Shown here one piece after another: positions 47,718-55,813 of a stretch of 64,000 bases of DNA (positions within the stretch are counted from its first letter, which is position 1; each line of letters starts with the position of its first letter). Under the pieces are notes generated by a model. The model was not told the DNA's origin. It was given only the letters and a program-made list of their open reading frames with translations, and made no database searches. The stretch comes from Desulfobacterales bacterium. GTDB taxonomy: Bacteria > Desulfobacterota > Desulfobacteria > Desulfobacterales > UBA2174. Where the stretch lies: positions 1,216,001-1,280,000 of the forward strand of contig CAXXWC010000021.1 of NCBI GenBank assembly GCA_963668645.2, given 5' to 3'. The translations under genes and the position numbers were made by a program.

Positions 47718-47851
47718 TGTTCTACTTACCTGCTGACTTCGATCTGGCTGCATTCGTGTCCCCGCTGTACGCAATAGGTGTAGTCTTGGTTACAATTGTC
47801 TTGTGCGTTACCGCCGGGCTCTATCTGGACAAGATTATCAAGAAATTCTAA
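47717..47851 (+). CDS. Coat-protein-like peptide (44 aa)
   Basis: Manual translation MFYLPADFDLAAFVSPLYAIGVVLVTIVLCVTAGLYLDKIIKKF; TGATG coupling upstream and TAATG coupling downstream. Confidence 0.7.
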   Translation: MFYLPADFDLAAFVSPLYAIGVVLVTIVLCVTAGLYLDKIIKKF

Positions 47852-48165
47852 TGGGGGATGAAATGATTTTTGAATGCCCGACATGCAAACGAAAATCGGA
47901 AGTATCTCCGGGATCAACGTTACGATGTGCATGTGGCAGACAGTGGCTTATTCAACAGGATTTCACTCCCTACATAACCATTTTCAGAGACATCGAAGGC
48001 TGGCAAAGCTGTTTAATGCTCAGAGACCCGCAGACCAATGAGATGAGGAGATATGAGATAGGTTACGGTCCCTACGGTCATTCCAAAGAAGCTAAACAGA
48101 TGGCAATCAGAGACGCCCTTCTGTGGGCATTTGGAGAAAATCTTGAGTATAGGGACCCGAAGTAG
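47851..48165 (+). CDS. Small zinc-ribbon protein
   Basis: CPTC...CACG near the N-terminus; start 47851 or 47863. Confidence 0.55.
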   Translation: MGDEMIFECPTCKRKSEVSPGSTLRCACGRQWLIQQDFTPYITIFRDIEGWQSCLMLRDPQTNEMRRYEIGYGPYGHSKEAKQMAIRDALLWAFGENLEYRDPK

Positions 48166-48500
48166 TTTTACTGACCATTCCTGGCGGCAGCTATTGCTTT
48201 CAGACCGATAAAAGGCCTTCCGGACGGCCATTGGGCGGCGCCCTCTCCCCCATCCCCGGGCGTGCGATTAAAATCAACAAATCATGTAGGTTGGAACTAC
48301 AATTTTTGTAGTTATTACATATAGTTCCGGCAATTCGAGCGCCCTTAAAAGTCATAAATATGTGCGATAGGTTCAAAATTCCAGGTTGTGTGTCTTCCCA
48401 GGTGCTGCCATCTCGGGCTGGCGATGAGTCCCAGCAGGATCTCGGGGGCAGTTCGGACTACGAGGAGCCCCAAGGGGGCAGGGTCAGCGATGAAGTCCGG

Positions 48501-48677
48501 ATGCCGTTACATCAATGGATATCTGTAAGAGATAGAAACCCGGAAAAGTATGGTGAGTATTTGGGAAGCACGCGAGCCCGGCCGAAGGGGTGGGTTTTTA
48601 TATATGCTCGTGTGGGTTGGATATGTTCCGATGATTATCCCGTTACTCACTGGATGCTGTTACCAGATCCACCATGA
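48501..48677 (+). CDS. DUF551-like phage peptide
   Basis: WISVRDRNPE...VTHWMLLPDPP signature. Confidence 0.6.
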   Translation: MPLHQWISVRDRNPEKYGEYLGSTRARPKGWVFIYARVGWICSDDYPVTHWMLLPDPP

Positions 48678-48752
48678 ACCACGGCAGGACCTTGTGGCCG
48701 ACCTGGCAGACGATGAATCCCCCGGGCCCCTGGCGGCGATTGGCCAAGAGCA

Positions 48753-48869
48753 GACACCGGTCAGCAACGCGACCGCGTCCGGTAGGCTCGAATGCGGGGA
48801 AAAAAGAAAGGAGGGATACTAATAATGACACCGGCCAGCAACGCGGCCGCGCCCGGTAGGCTCGAATGC
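48753..48869 (+). repeat. 43-bp direct repeat pair (40/43 identical)
   Basis: 48753-48795 and 48827-48869: GACACCGGYCAGCAACGCGRCCGCGYCCGGTAGGCTCGAATGC. Confidence 0.85.
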
Positions 48870-49482
48870 AATGGAACAAAATGGCAGCTTTTTCCCTTTC
48901 CCCTTCACCTGGTCCCCAGGGGAAGGGAAAAAGCGTCCCGGATCGAAGCAAAAGACGGGACCAGAAAGCGGACTCTCAGGCGCAGCGATGCCGGGGCCGT
49001 GACAAGGCTGTAGGGAGGAACGACCGGAAGCCTTGGCGCGGCCCTGGCTTAGCGGAGCCTGCGGTCGACTGATTTGCTTGAACCTATTACGGACTTTGAC
49101 GTGTGGAACGCACGCGAGGAGGGGGGGCCAGTTCCCGGTGCAGGGAGTCGTGGACCCTATAGCTATGGGATGCAAATCTGGCGCCCGGAAAAATTTCGAA
49201 GCCCCAGGTTGTCGCCGGGGGGACTGGCCCCCCCTCCTCGTCTTTATTCTTTTCTCTTAAGGCAGGGATTTTATGGACAACGGCGAGTTTCCAGCGAGTG
49301 AGATCGATTTCGAGGAACTGTTGTTACCTGGTGACTGGTTGACGTGCCGGTTTCGTGCTCGAGTGCGGAGCACTGGCCAGCGCATTTGCTTACGACGTTT
49401 AGGAGCTGGCGTTTTAAAGCGATGCGACGATTTGAGCTACAGCGAATGCATGGAAATTCCCTTTTGATTGCGGAGGTGATGC

Positions 49483-50754
49483 ATGGACAGGCCGGATGAG
49501 GAAAAAGGGTGGCGAACGTCTCTCAGCCACCCTTCAAAAGTAGATTTTGGGCAGTTATCAGATGGGACCAGGCTGCTGGCAAATGGCGTCGATACATTGG
49601 TAATCGGCATCGATGTCATATGGAAGGATGGGCGGTTCTTCAAATATCTGACGGAAAAAAAGGAGCAAGCCAGGGCAGAGGACAAGGATATCGAGATCGA
49701 ATTGACGGATCATCGAGACGTAGATGCCTTCCGTGGTGTCATGAAGCCTTTCGGGATGCGCGGCTATGAATGGGTCATCGTTGGCAAGGAATACAGCTTT
49801 CACATAGGCAACTGGAACGAGCTGAAGTCTATGCCCTCGATCAGGGTCGAAATCCGGTCTGAGGCTCTTTGGCACATAGGCCCCCGTGAAGCGGTCAACA
49901 GGGTAATATCCTTCATTGACGGTGCAGGCGGAAAAATCCACAGAACCAAGGCGTCACGTGTAGATCTGTGCGTGGACCTGCTTTTTCCTTCCGAGGCTTG
50001 GACGCCCGATCTTGCCCTTTACCGATCCACCTACGCCCGGAAATCGGCCATTTATCTATCAAATACCGATCTCGAAGGGATCACCGTCGGCCGAGGCGAG
50101 ATCCAGGCAAGGCTGTATGACAAGCCGATGGAGATCAAGGAAAAGGGGCAAAAGGAATGGATGTTCGACCTCTGGAAGCTGAAAGAGGTCCCGAAGGGAT
50201 TCAAGGTCATTCGGACAGAATTTCAGATCCGCCGGGAGGTCCTTCGAGAACTGGGGATTGATTCGGTTGAAGACATGTTTCAGGCCCTGGGGAATATGTG
50301 GGCCTACTGTACCGAGAAATGGCTGAAGTTCCAAGACAACCCCGGGGGCCACCACACCCAGCGGACCACCTTCGAGTGGTGGACCCTGATTCAAAGGGCT
50401 TTCGATGGGGAGAAAGGTACCGGCCAACCTGGTCCGGTACCGCTGATCCGCTGCAAAGCCTTATGCACTGAGGAAAAAAAACATTACACACAGACCTATG
50501 GGTGTTTCACCTCCTTCCTGGCTGCCTCACTCGAAAAGGACGAAGAGGACGACGAAGCCACCTTTTTCAAGGGGATCAACCGATTCATCGAACTGACCCG
50601 GAGCCTTGAGAAATCCGGAGCATGTTTCCGGGAGGCCCTGGCCGAGAAGCGGACCAAGATAGACCGCGCCCAGACCAAGATCCTGCAGACCGTCGCCCTT
50701 CGCCTCCGCCTGGGGATCCCAAATAACTTGGCTTTCGTTCACTTGACGCAATGA
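49483..50754 (+). CDS. Rolling-circle replication initiator (Rep_trans-type)
   Basis: GVDTL, SRVDLCVD, ITVGRG, RLYDK (candidate catalytic Tyr), IRTEFQIRR. Confidence 0.82.
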   Translation: MDRPDEEKGWRTSLSHPSKVDFGQLSDGTRLLANGVDTLVIGIDVIWKDGRFFKYLTEKKEQARAEDKDIEIELTDHRDVDAFRGVMKPFGMRGYEWVIVGKEYSFHIGNWNELKSMPSIRVEIRSEALWHIGPREAVNRVISFIDGAGGKIHRTKASRVDLCVDLLFPSEAWTPDLALYRSTYARKSAIYLSNTDLEGITVGRGEIQARLYDKPMEIKEKGQKEWMFDLWKLKEVPKGFKVIRTEFQIRREVLRELGIDSVEDMFQALGNMWAYCTEKWLKFQDNPGGHHTQRTTFEWWTLIQRAFDGEKGTGQPGPVPLIRCKALCTEEKKHYTQTYGCFTSFLAASLEKDEEDDEATFFKGINRFIELTRSLEKSGACFREALAEKRTKIDRAQTKILQTVALRLRLGIPNNLAFVHLTQ

Positions 50755-50815
50755 TTGGGAACATTTGACACCGTTGTGTGCATATAGTACAAGCCCTCGT
50801 ATCCAGGGGGTATGC

Positions 50816-51973
50816 ATGAAGGGGAACATCTATACCCAAGAGCGGTGTCCCATCTGTGGCGGTTCGTTTAAGCATGACGAAAACCGTAGCGGCCTCTTTT
50901 GCAGAAATCATCCAGAAATCCGGGCTTCTAAGGATTTTGTTGTCCGGTTCGGCCGTGACATCACCAAGCGATTCAAGACCTACCTGGAAGCAGTCCGTTT
51001 CCTCACCGGCTTGCGGTTCAAAACAGATGAAGGCAGCTTCGATCCCCGGGATTACAAAAAAGACCATCCCTTGGGATTTGAGACCCAGGTCCGGAAATAT
51101 CTTTCCATCAAAGAAAAATCGGTAAGTAAAAATCAATTCAGAAATATAAAGCGGGACCTGGGAAAGGCCGTTAATGCCTGGGGCCAAACAAATGTTAAGC
51201 TTTTAAATTACGCTGAAATTGAGGATTTTCTAATTGGACAGGAAGTATCCGAGAAAACACGGGCTAACGCTCGGTCCGCCCTGAACAGCTTTTTTAAGTG
51301 GATGTGCAAGCGGGAAGGTCTAAAAATGCCAGATCTCCCGGTGATCAATTTCGAACTCGGATGGCGGAACATAATCGATATCGAGCTGCAACAGTCAATC
51401 ATCGATGAAGTTTACAGGATTTCATACAATTCAAATCCAAGGATCTGGATAGGTATCAAATGGCTTGCAACCTACGTTGCCTTCAGGCCGAATGAGCTTC
51501 GGAACCTTCGGGAAAGGGATATTAACGTCAGTGGCTTTTTCGTGGTTCCCTCCCCCAAAGAGAAAAAGCCGAAACTGATTGCCATGCTGGAAGAGGACAT
51601 CGAGCTATACAGAAAGACCACTCCCCGGGGCCTTCCTGATATGTTCTTTTTTCGTCATACCAAAGGGAATGGGGGTGCAAGGCCGGGAAGCCAGTTCGGC
51701 AAGGACTACCTTTATAAATGGTGGAAACAGGCCTGCGGGGACCTCGGGATAGAAGGTGTGGATCTGTATGGCGGCACCCGCCATAGCACTACAACAGCCC
51801 TCGCCGAACATTTCACAAAAGATGAATTGAGAGAATCAGGAACAATGCACGCAACCAACCAAGCCTTTGAACGCTATATGCAGGCAAGGAAGAATGATAG
51901 CCTAAATGTATACAAAAAGAGTATGGAAATAAGGGCAAGGATTCTCGAAATAAAAAAAGGCAGAAAAAATTGA
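50816..51973 (+). CDS. Tyrosine recombinase (phage integrase) with N-terminal CxxC
   Basis: FRPNELRNL (R), KEK, LYGGTRHS, MHATNQAFERY (H...Y); N-terminal CPICGG...CRNH. Confidence 0.88.
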   Translation: MKGNIYTQERCPICGGSFKHDENRSGLFCRNHPEIRASKDFVVRFGRDITKRFKTYLEAVRFLTGLRFKTDEGSFDPRDYKKDHPLGFETQVRKYLSIKEKSVSKNQFRNIKRDLGKAVNAWGQTNVKLLNYAEIEDFLIGQEVSEKTRANARSALNSFFKWMCKREGLKMPDLPVINFELGWRNIIDIELQQSIIDEVYRISYNSNPRIWIGIKWLATYVAFRPNELRNLRERDINVSGFFVVPSPKEKKPKLIAMLEEDIELYRKTTPRGLPDMFFFRHTKGNGGARPGSQFGKDYLYKWWKQACGDLGIEGVDLYGGTRHSTTTALAEHFTKDELRESGTMHATNQAFERYMQARKNDSLNVYKKSMEIRARILEIKKGRKN

Positions 51974-52201
51974 ACTGCTCGATCAGCTACGTGAGAAAGA
52001 TATTTTTTTGACGCCCAATTCATTGGGGCCGTCACTTGACGGCTAAATAGCGAGAAGCGCCAAGGAACGCCTATTACAATAAGCATTAATACTATAACAT
52101 CTATATATATTTTATTATTTTAACCTAATTTATGATGGCGCTCTGAAATAGGCGTCAATTGGCGTCCAATAATTGTTAACCGGACATAATATTGAGGACA
52201 A

Positions 52202-53125
52202 ATGGTTTATGTAACCGGAAATAGCTACTGGCGCCCAATAGATAAGCCACAGCTTGGCCTCATGAATGAGGTGAGCAATTTTATTTTTCGTTGCCACTTA
52301 GGACAGCAAGCATTACTGCGTGATCTAAGATATTGTCGAAAGTTAACAATTGTCTCGGACTACGGAGGAGAACACGGTACTGCTACATTCGCCACATACT
52401 CCTTTTTGATATTCAATGAAGAGTCCATAGCGGACTTTGTGAAAGCTTGCATAATTTTCCGCGACGGCCCTCTCGGCAAAAAAAGAAGGATGGCATATAA
52501 AAATCTTGGAGACAAGGTCCGCAAGGGGATTCTTGTACCCTTCCTTCATGCTGCTGATACGATCCATGGAATCCTTTTTACTATTTCTGTGGAAAAGCAC
52601 GAGATTGATCTTTTCGGCTCTGGTGTGGTCGAGGTAGAACAAAGCCTCCTTCCAAACATTAAACTTTCAACAACGAGAAAGCTATTGACCATATGTCATT
52701 TTCTCGCTGTTTTAGTGTCTGGCACAGTTGCACCATTTCAAGATATTGCATGGCTTTCAGATCAAGATGATATCGTAGCTAACGCTTCTCATCGGGATAG
52801 TCTTGGTCACGTTTTTGGACATTTTTTGAATCACTATCTGTCATGCGACGTTGGACGCATCGTGATCGGAACAACGCAAAATGATCCTGGCACACTTTTG
52901 GTAGAAGACCTCGCATCTATACCTGATCTATCTGCGGGTGCGCTTAGCGATGTTTTAACACGAAAAGGTATTCATGACCGGAAAACTGTGAAACCTAAGG
53001 CTCGTCCTATAGTAGGGTGGCTATGCAACTCGACAAGCGCCTTAGCAAAAGTAAATCTTGTGGTTCGCGCTACGGATGATAAGAAACCATTGCTTCAACT
53101 CCTAACTCCTCAGCGCGCTGCTTGA
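52202..53125 (+). CDS. Cassette 1 ORF: DUF3800-like / RNase H-fold hypothetical protein
   Basis: IVSDYGGEH and DLASIPDLSAGAL resemble the DUF3800 DESG and QxAD motifs; bounded by GTTAACC...GGTTAAC. Confidence 0.6.
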   Translation: MVYVTGNSYWRPIDKPQLGLMNEVSNFIFRCHLGQQALLRDLRYCRKLTIVSDYGGEHGTATFATYSFLIFNEESIADFVKACIIFRDGPLGKKRRMAYKNLGDKVRKGILVPFLHAADTIHGILFTISVEKHEIDLFGSGVVEVEQSLLPNIKLSTTRKLLTICHFLAVLVSGTVAPFQDIAWLSDQDDIVANASHRDSLGHVFGHFLNHYLSCDVGRIVIGTTQNDPGTLLVEDLASIPDLSAGALSDVLTRKGIHDRKTVKPKARPIVGWLCNSTSALAKVNLVVRATDDKKPLLQLLTPQRAA

Positions 53126-53146
53126 TGATAATCGCTGGGGTGCGCT

Positions 53147-53217
53147 GGTTAACATGGCGCTCCAGCAGACACAAAAAACCTAGCGGTTTTTTGTGTCTGC
53201 TGAGCTTTTCGTTAGGC
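53147..53217 (+). repeat. attC site 1 (71 bp)
   Basis: GGTTAAC-ATGGC-GCTCCAGCAGACACAAAAAACC-TAGC-GGTTTTTTGTGTCTGCTGAGC-TTTTC-GTTAGGC; one extrahelical base in the left arm. Confidence 0.9.
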
Positions 53218-53235
53218 TCGGATAGCGGATTATCA

Positions 53236-54249
53236 ATGGCAAAGATCTTTGCAGAACGTAATCACTACAACCCATGCTTTTGGACGGCATGTTGGAACAT
53301 AGCCTATTTCAATGCTCTTGTTGAAGGGAAATCAAAGTCATTGCGAGCCAGGGAACAAGAGGTCTTCGTCCTCAACTTGCTCTCTGATAAAATTTATCAC
53401 GATCGAGTCAAAAACGTGCATTTTGATAAAGACCTTGGCGTCGCGGAGCTGACCCCAGAGACTATGAAAGATTTCTGCCTCCGTCGCTATCCTTCTAAGT
53501 ACGAACACTTCTGCCAGTCTATGGAGAATCATGAAGAAACTCTGTACATGGATTTCGAAGATATCTTGACTGGGACGGAAAAGTTAGAGAGCTACAAATC
53601 TTTAATAGAAGCAGTAGTTGCTGGTGGCATTCAGTCCGTTGAGCACAAAGGTTTTCTAACGTGCCATATCATTCTCCAGGCAATGAGAAGCCACGAGATG
53701 ATGACTTCCATGATTGATACGCTTGATTCTCTCGGAATTCCCAAATGGGAGTATTTCTGGATCCTCAAAAACGCTTGGGGTAATAAACTCGTTCTGGCCA
53801 GGGCAACTACACCTTTAGCGTTCTCTCGTTGGTCCGTCTATGTGACAGATAAACATATGTATCCTCTCTGCGATTCTCCAGTAATGATTAACAAGAATAC
53901 ACTAATGGCCGTCCTTTCTCCTCGCATTCTACTTGAGATCAGTATCAACGGACCCGTCCCGGAAGATACGTGGACAGTCCGAGAGGGAATAAGCTCAAGC
54001 AAATATCGCGAATTTCGTAGAAGATCGATTAAGAATTCATTCAAGCATATTATTTCCCACGATCCAGAAGAATTGAAACTTTGGCAAAGCACTCCTGAAT
54101 TCAAGGCCCGATCCAGAGAGCTAAGGGATAGTGCTAAAGCAGCAGGGCTTCGCACAGAAGCAGCAAATCGTGTGATATGGGCCATTAATGGATTCGGTAG
54201 GGTGCCGCATGATTTTGAACATCGAATCAAAAACGTCATCGATGCCTAA
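53236..54249 (+). CDS. Cassette 2 ORF: DUF4238-like protein (337 aa)
   Basis: Starts MAKIFAERNHYNPCFW just after attC1; LCDSPV motif; stop codon lies inside R'' GCCTAAC. Confidence 0.65.
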   Translation: MAKIFAERNHYNPCFWTACWNIAYFNALVEGKSKSLRAREQEVFVLNLLSDKIYHDRVKNVHFDKDLGVAELTPETMKDFCLRRYPSKYEHFCQSMENHEETLYMDFEDILTGTEKLESYKSLIEAVVAGGIQSVEHKGFLTCHIILQAMRSHEMMTSMIDTLDSLGIPKWEYFWILKNAWGNKLVLARATTPLAFSRWSVYVTDKHMYPLCDSPVMINKNTLMAVLSPRILLEISINGPVPEDTWTVREGISSSKYREFRRRSIKNSFKHIISHDPEELKLWQSTPEFKARSRELRDSAKAAGLRTEAANRVIWAINGFGRVPHDFEHRIKNVIDA

Positions 54250-54352
54250 CAAGGCCATGCACGCGGACAGGCAACCACGCCGGGATTATTTCTTAGCTTT
54301 TCCTGTTGCCTCTTGGCGGCGTGGTTGCGTGCCGGTGATGCCTACGTTATAT
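54244..54352 (+). repeat. attC site 2 (109 bp)
   Basis: GCCTAAC...CATGCAC...GCAACCACGCCG // CGGCGTGGTTGC...GTGATG...GTTATAT. Confidence 0.9.
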
Positions 54353-54375
54353 GTCTGAAAGACTAAGGAAATTTC

Positions 54376-55248
54376 ATGATGAACACAATTTTATTGGATA
54401 GAAATGTTGTTGCATCAATAAAACAAAAACTTGCTGGAAAGGCATTGCTTCCGGTCCGCGATCGGGCTTTGAGATTATTAGATAAGGATAATAATTTTAT
54501 TAGTCCGATATTATCTATAAGAGAAGGTCAACTAGGTATAAGAGAAAATACACAAGAACATAAACTGACATTGTTAAAAGAAACCGATGCGATATCGCAA
54601 TTTTTTAAAAGAGCTAAGACTGATAGCAAATATTTAATTGATAAAATAGATGAATTTTCAACAGTTTTTGCTGATAATATAGAACATAATTGGAGAAATT
54701 ACATAGCTTTTGTAAAAGAAATGCAAAGCCTACTATACCAACCTGTTTCAAAGAAAGAAAAAGATGATTTTAAAAAAAGAATATTAAAATCAGCTTCAGC
54801 TCACAACATACTTCATACCCATCCAGCGGTTTTATGCGCACTATCTGTTTTGTATGGATGTAACGAAACAAGGAAGATTTTAAAGCCTAAAAAAAACCGT
54901 TCAGAAGAAAGTGTGGACAAAAATGCTTATAACACTATGAACGATCTAATTGTGCTAAGCAGAGTACACATGATACAAGCTATCGAAGCGGAACAAGGTC
55001 ATCAAAAAGATAAAATCAAATTTTTTACTTTTGATAAGGGACTTGAATTCTTTTTAAACTGCATCAAAACCAAAAAGCTTAATATAGAGAACAGTACTAA
55101 AAACTCTTCAACAATAAGCGAAATTATCTGTCACCCTAAGCTTTTTCCAGAGCTAAATAAAAGCGACTTCAATAGTCTTATGAAGACTTTACAGGAATCA
55201 TATAACAAGTCTAATGCAGCCGACGCAAAAAACCGCGCGGCTGATTAG
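54376..55248 (+). CDS. Cassette 3 ORF: PIN-like hypothetical protein, very AT-rich
   Basis: ILLDRNVV...REG...NDLIVL...FFTFDKGL resemble PIN acidic motifs; the ORF ends inside attC3. Confidence 0.6.
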   Translation: MMNTILLDRNVVASIKQKLAGKALLPVRDRALRLLDKDNNFISPILSIREGQLGIRENTQEHKLTLLKETDAISQFFKRAKTDSKYLIDKIDEFSTVFADNIEHNWRNYIAFVKEMQSLLYQPVSKKEKDDFKKRILKSASAHNILHTHPAVLCALSVLYGCNETRKILKPKKNRSEESVDKNAYNTMNDLIVLSRVHMIQAIEAEQGHQKDKIKFFTFDKGLEFFLNCIKTKKLNIENSTKNSSTISEIICHPKLFPELNKSDFNSLMKTLQESYNKSNAADAKNRAAD

Positions 55249-55259
55249 CGGCGTTCGGC
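55200..55259 (+). repeat. attC site 3 (60 bp, classic 59-be length)
   Basis: ATATAAC-AAGTC-TAATGCAGCCGACGC...GCGCGGCTGATTA-GCGGC-GTTCGGC. Confidence 0.92.
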
Positions 55260-55271
55260 AGGAGAAAATAA

Positions 55272-55661
55272 ATGGGTTCTATTAAAAAATATGTTTTTGA
55301 GGATATTACAATAATTAAAGCTGTTGGCCCACTCATCCAAAATGAAATAATTTCCATTTTGGAAGATTTATATACACATAGCCCTACAAAATTCATTATT
55401 TGGGATCTTGTCGAAGCTTCAGCAAAATATTTGACATCAAAACACATTCACCAAATCGCAGATTTTGTGGCCCAATATAAAGATAAAAGAGCTGGTGGAA
55501 AAACAGCACTTGTTGCATCAGGCGATTTGGAGTTTGGAATTAGCAGAATGATGAATATTTTGGGGGAAATTAAAGAGGTCGATTTTGAAGTTATGGTCTT
55601 TAGAAATCTTTCAGACGCGGCGAATTGGATCGGAGTAAAGGAATTACCAAAAATTTGTTAA
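55272..55661 (+). CDS. Cassette 4 ORF: SpoIIAA/STAS-like small protein
   Basis: IIWDLVEA...KTALVA...FGISRM...VFRNLSDAANWI. Confidence 0.7.
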   Translation: MGSIKKYVFEDITIIKAVGPLIQNEIISILEDLYTHSPTKFIIWDLVEASAKYLTSKHIHQIADFVAQYKDKRAGGKTALVASGDLEFGISRMMNILGEIKEVDFEVMVFRNLSDAANWIGVKELPKIC

Positions 55662-55665
55662 ATTC

Positions 55666-55791
55666 GCCGAACAATTAAATTCAGATGAAAGCCAGGGTCG
55701 GGCACGCCTGGAAAATCGTTTCAGGCGGGTAATTCTTAGCCACTTAAAATGTCAGTGGAAGCCCTGTCTTCAGCTGATCACAGCGTTAACT
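55666..55791 (+). repeat. attC site 4 (126 bp)
   Basis: GCCGAAC...ATTCAGATGAAAG...CAGGG // CCCTG...CTTCAGCTGAT...GTTAACT. Confidence 0.8.
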
Positions 55792-55813
55792 GTGGTGCAT
55801 AGGTTCAGTCCAA

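Noticed and set aside
48360..49467. Several 60-118 aa ORFs upstream of rep
   Set aside because: Apart from the DUF551-like peptide they overlap repeats and hairpins and have no recognisable motifs. 49273-49467 might be real but is unsupported.
50816..51973. Integrase as the integron IntI
   Set aside because: It lacks the HxLRHSFATHLL box and I see no IntI-specific insertion. It is co-oriented with the cassettes and is explained by the tRNA att repeat.
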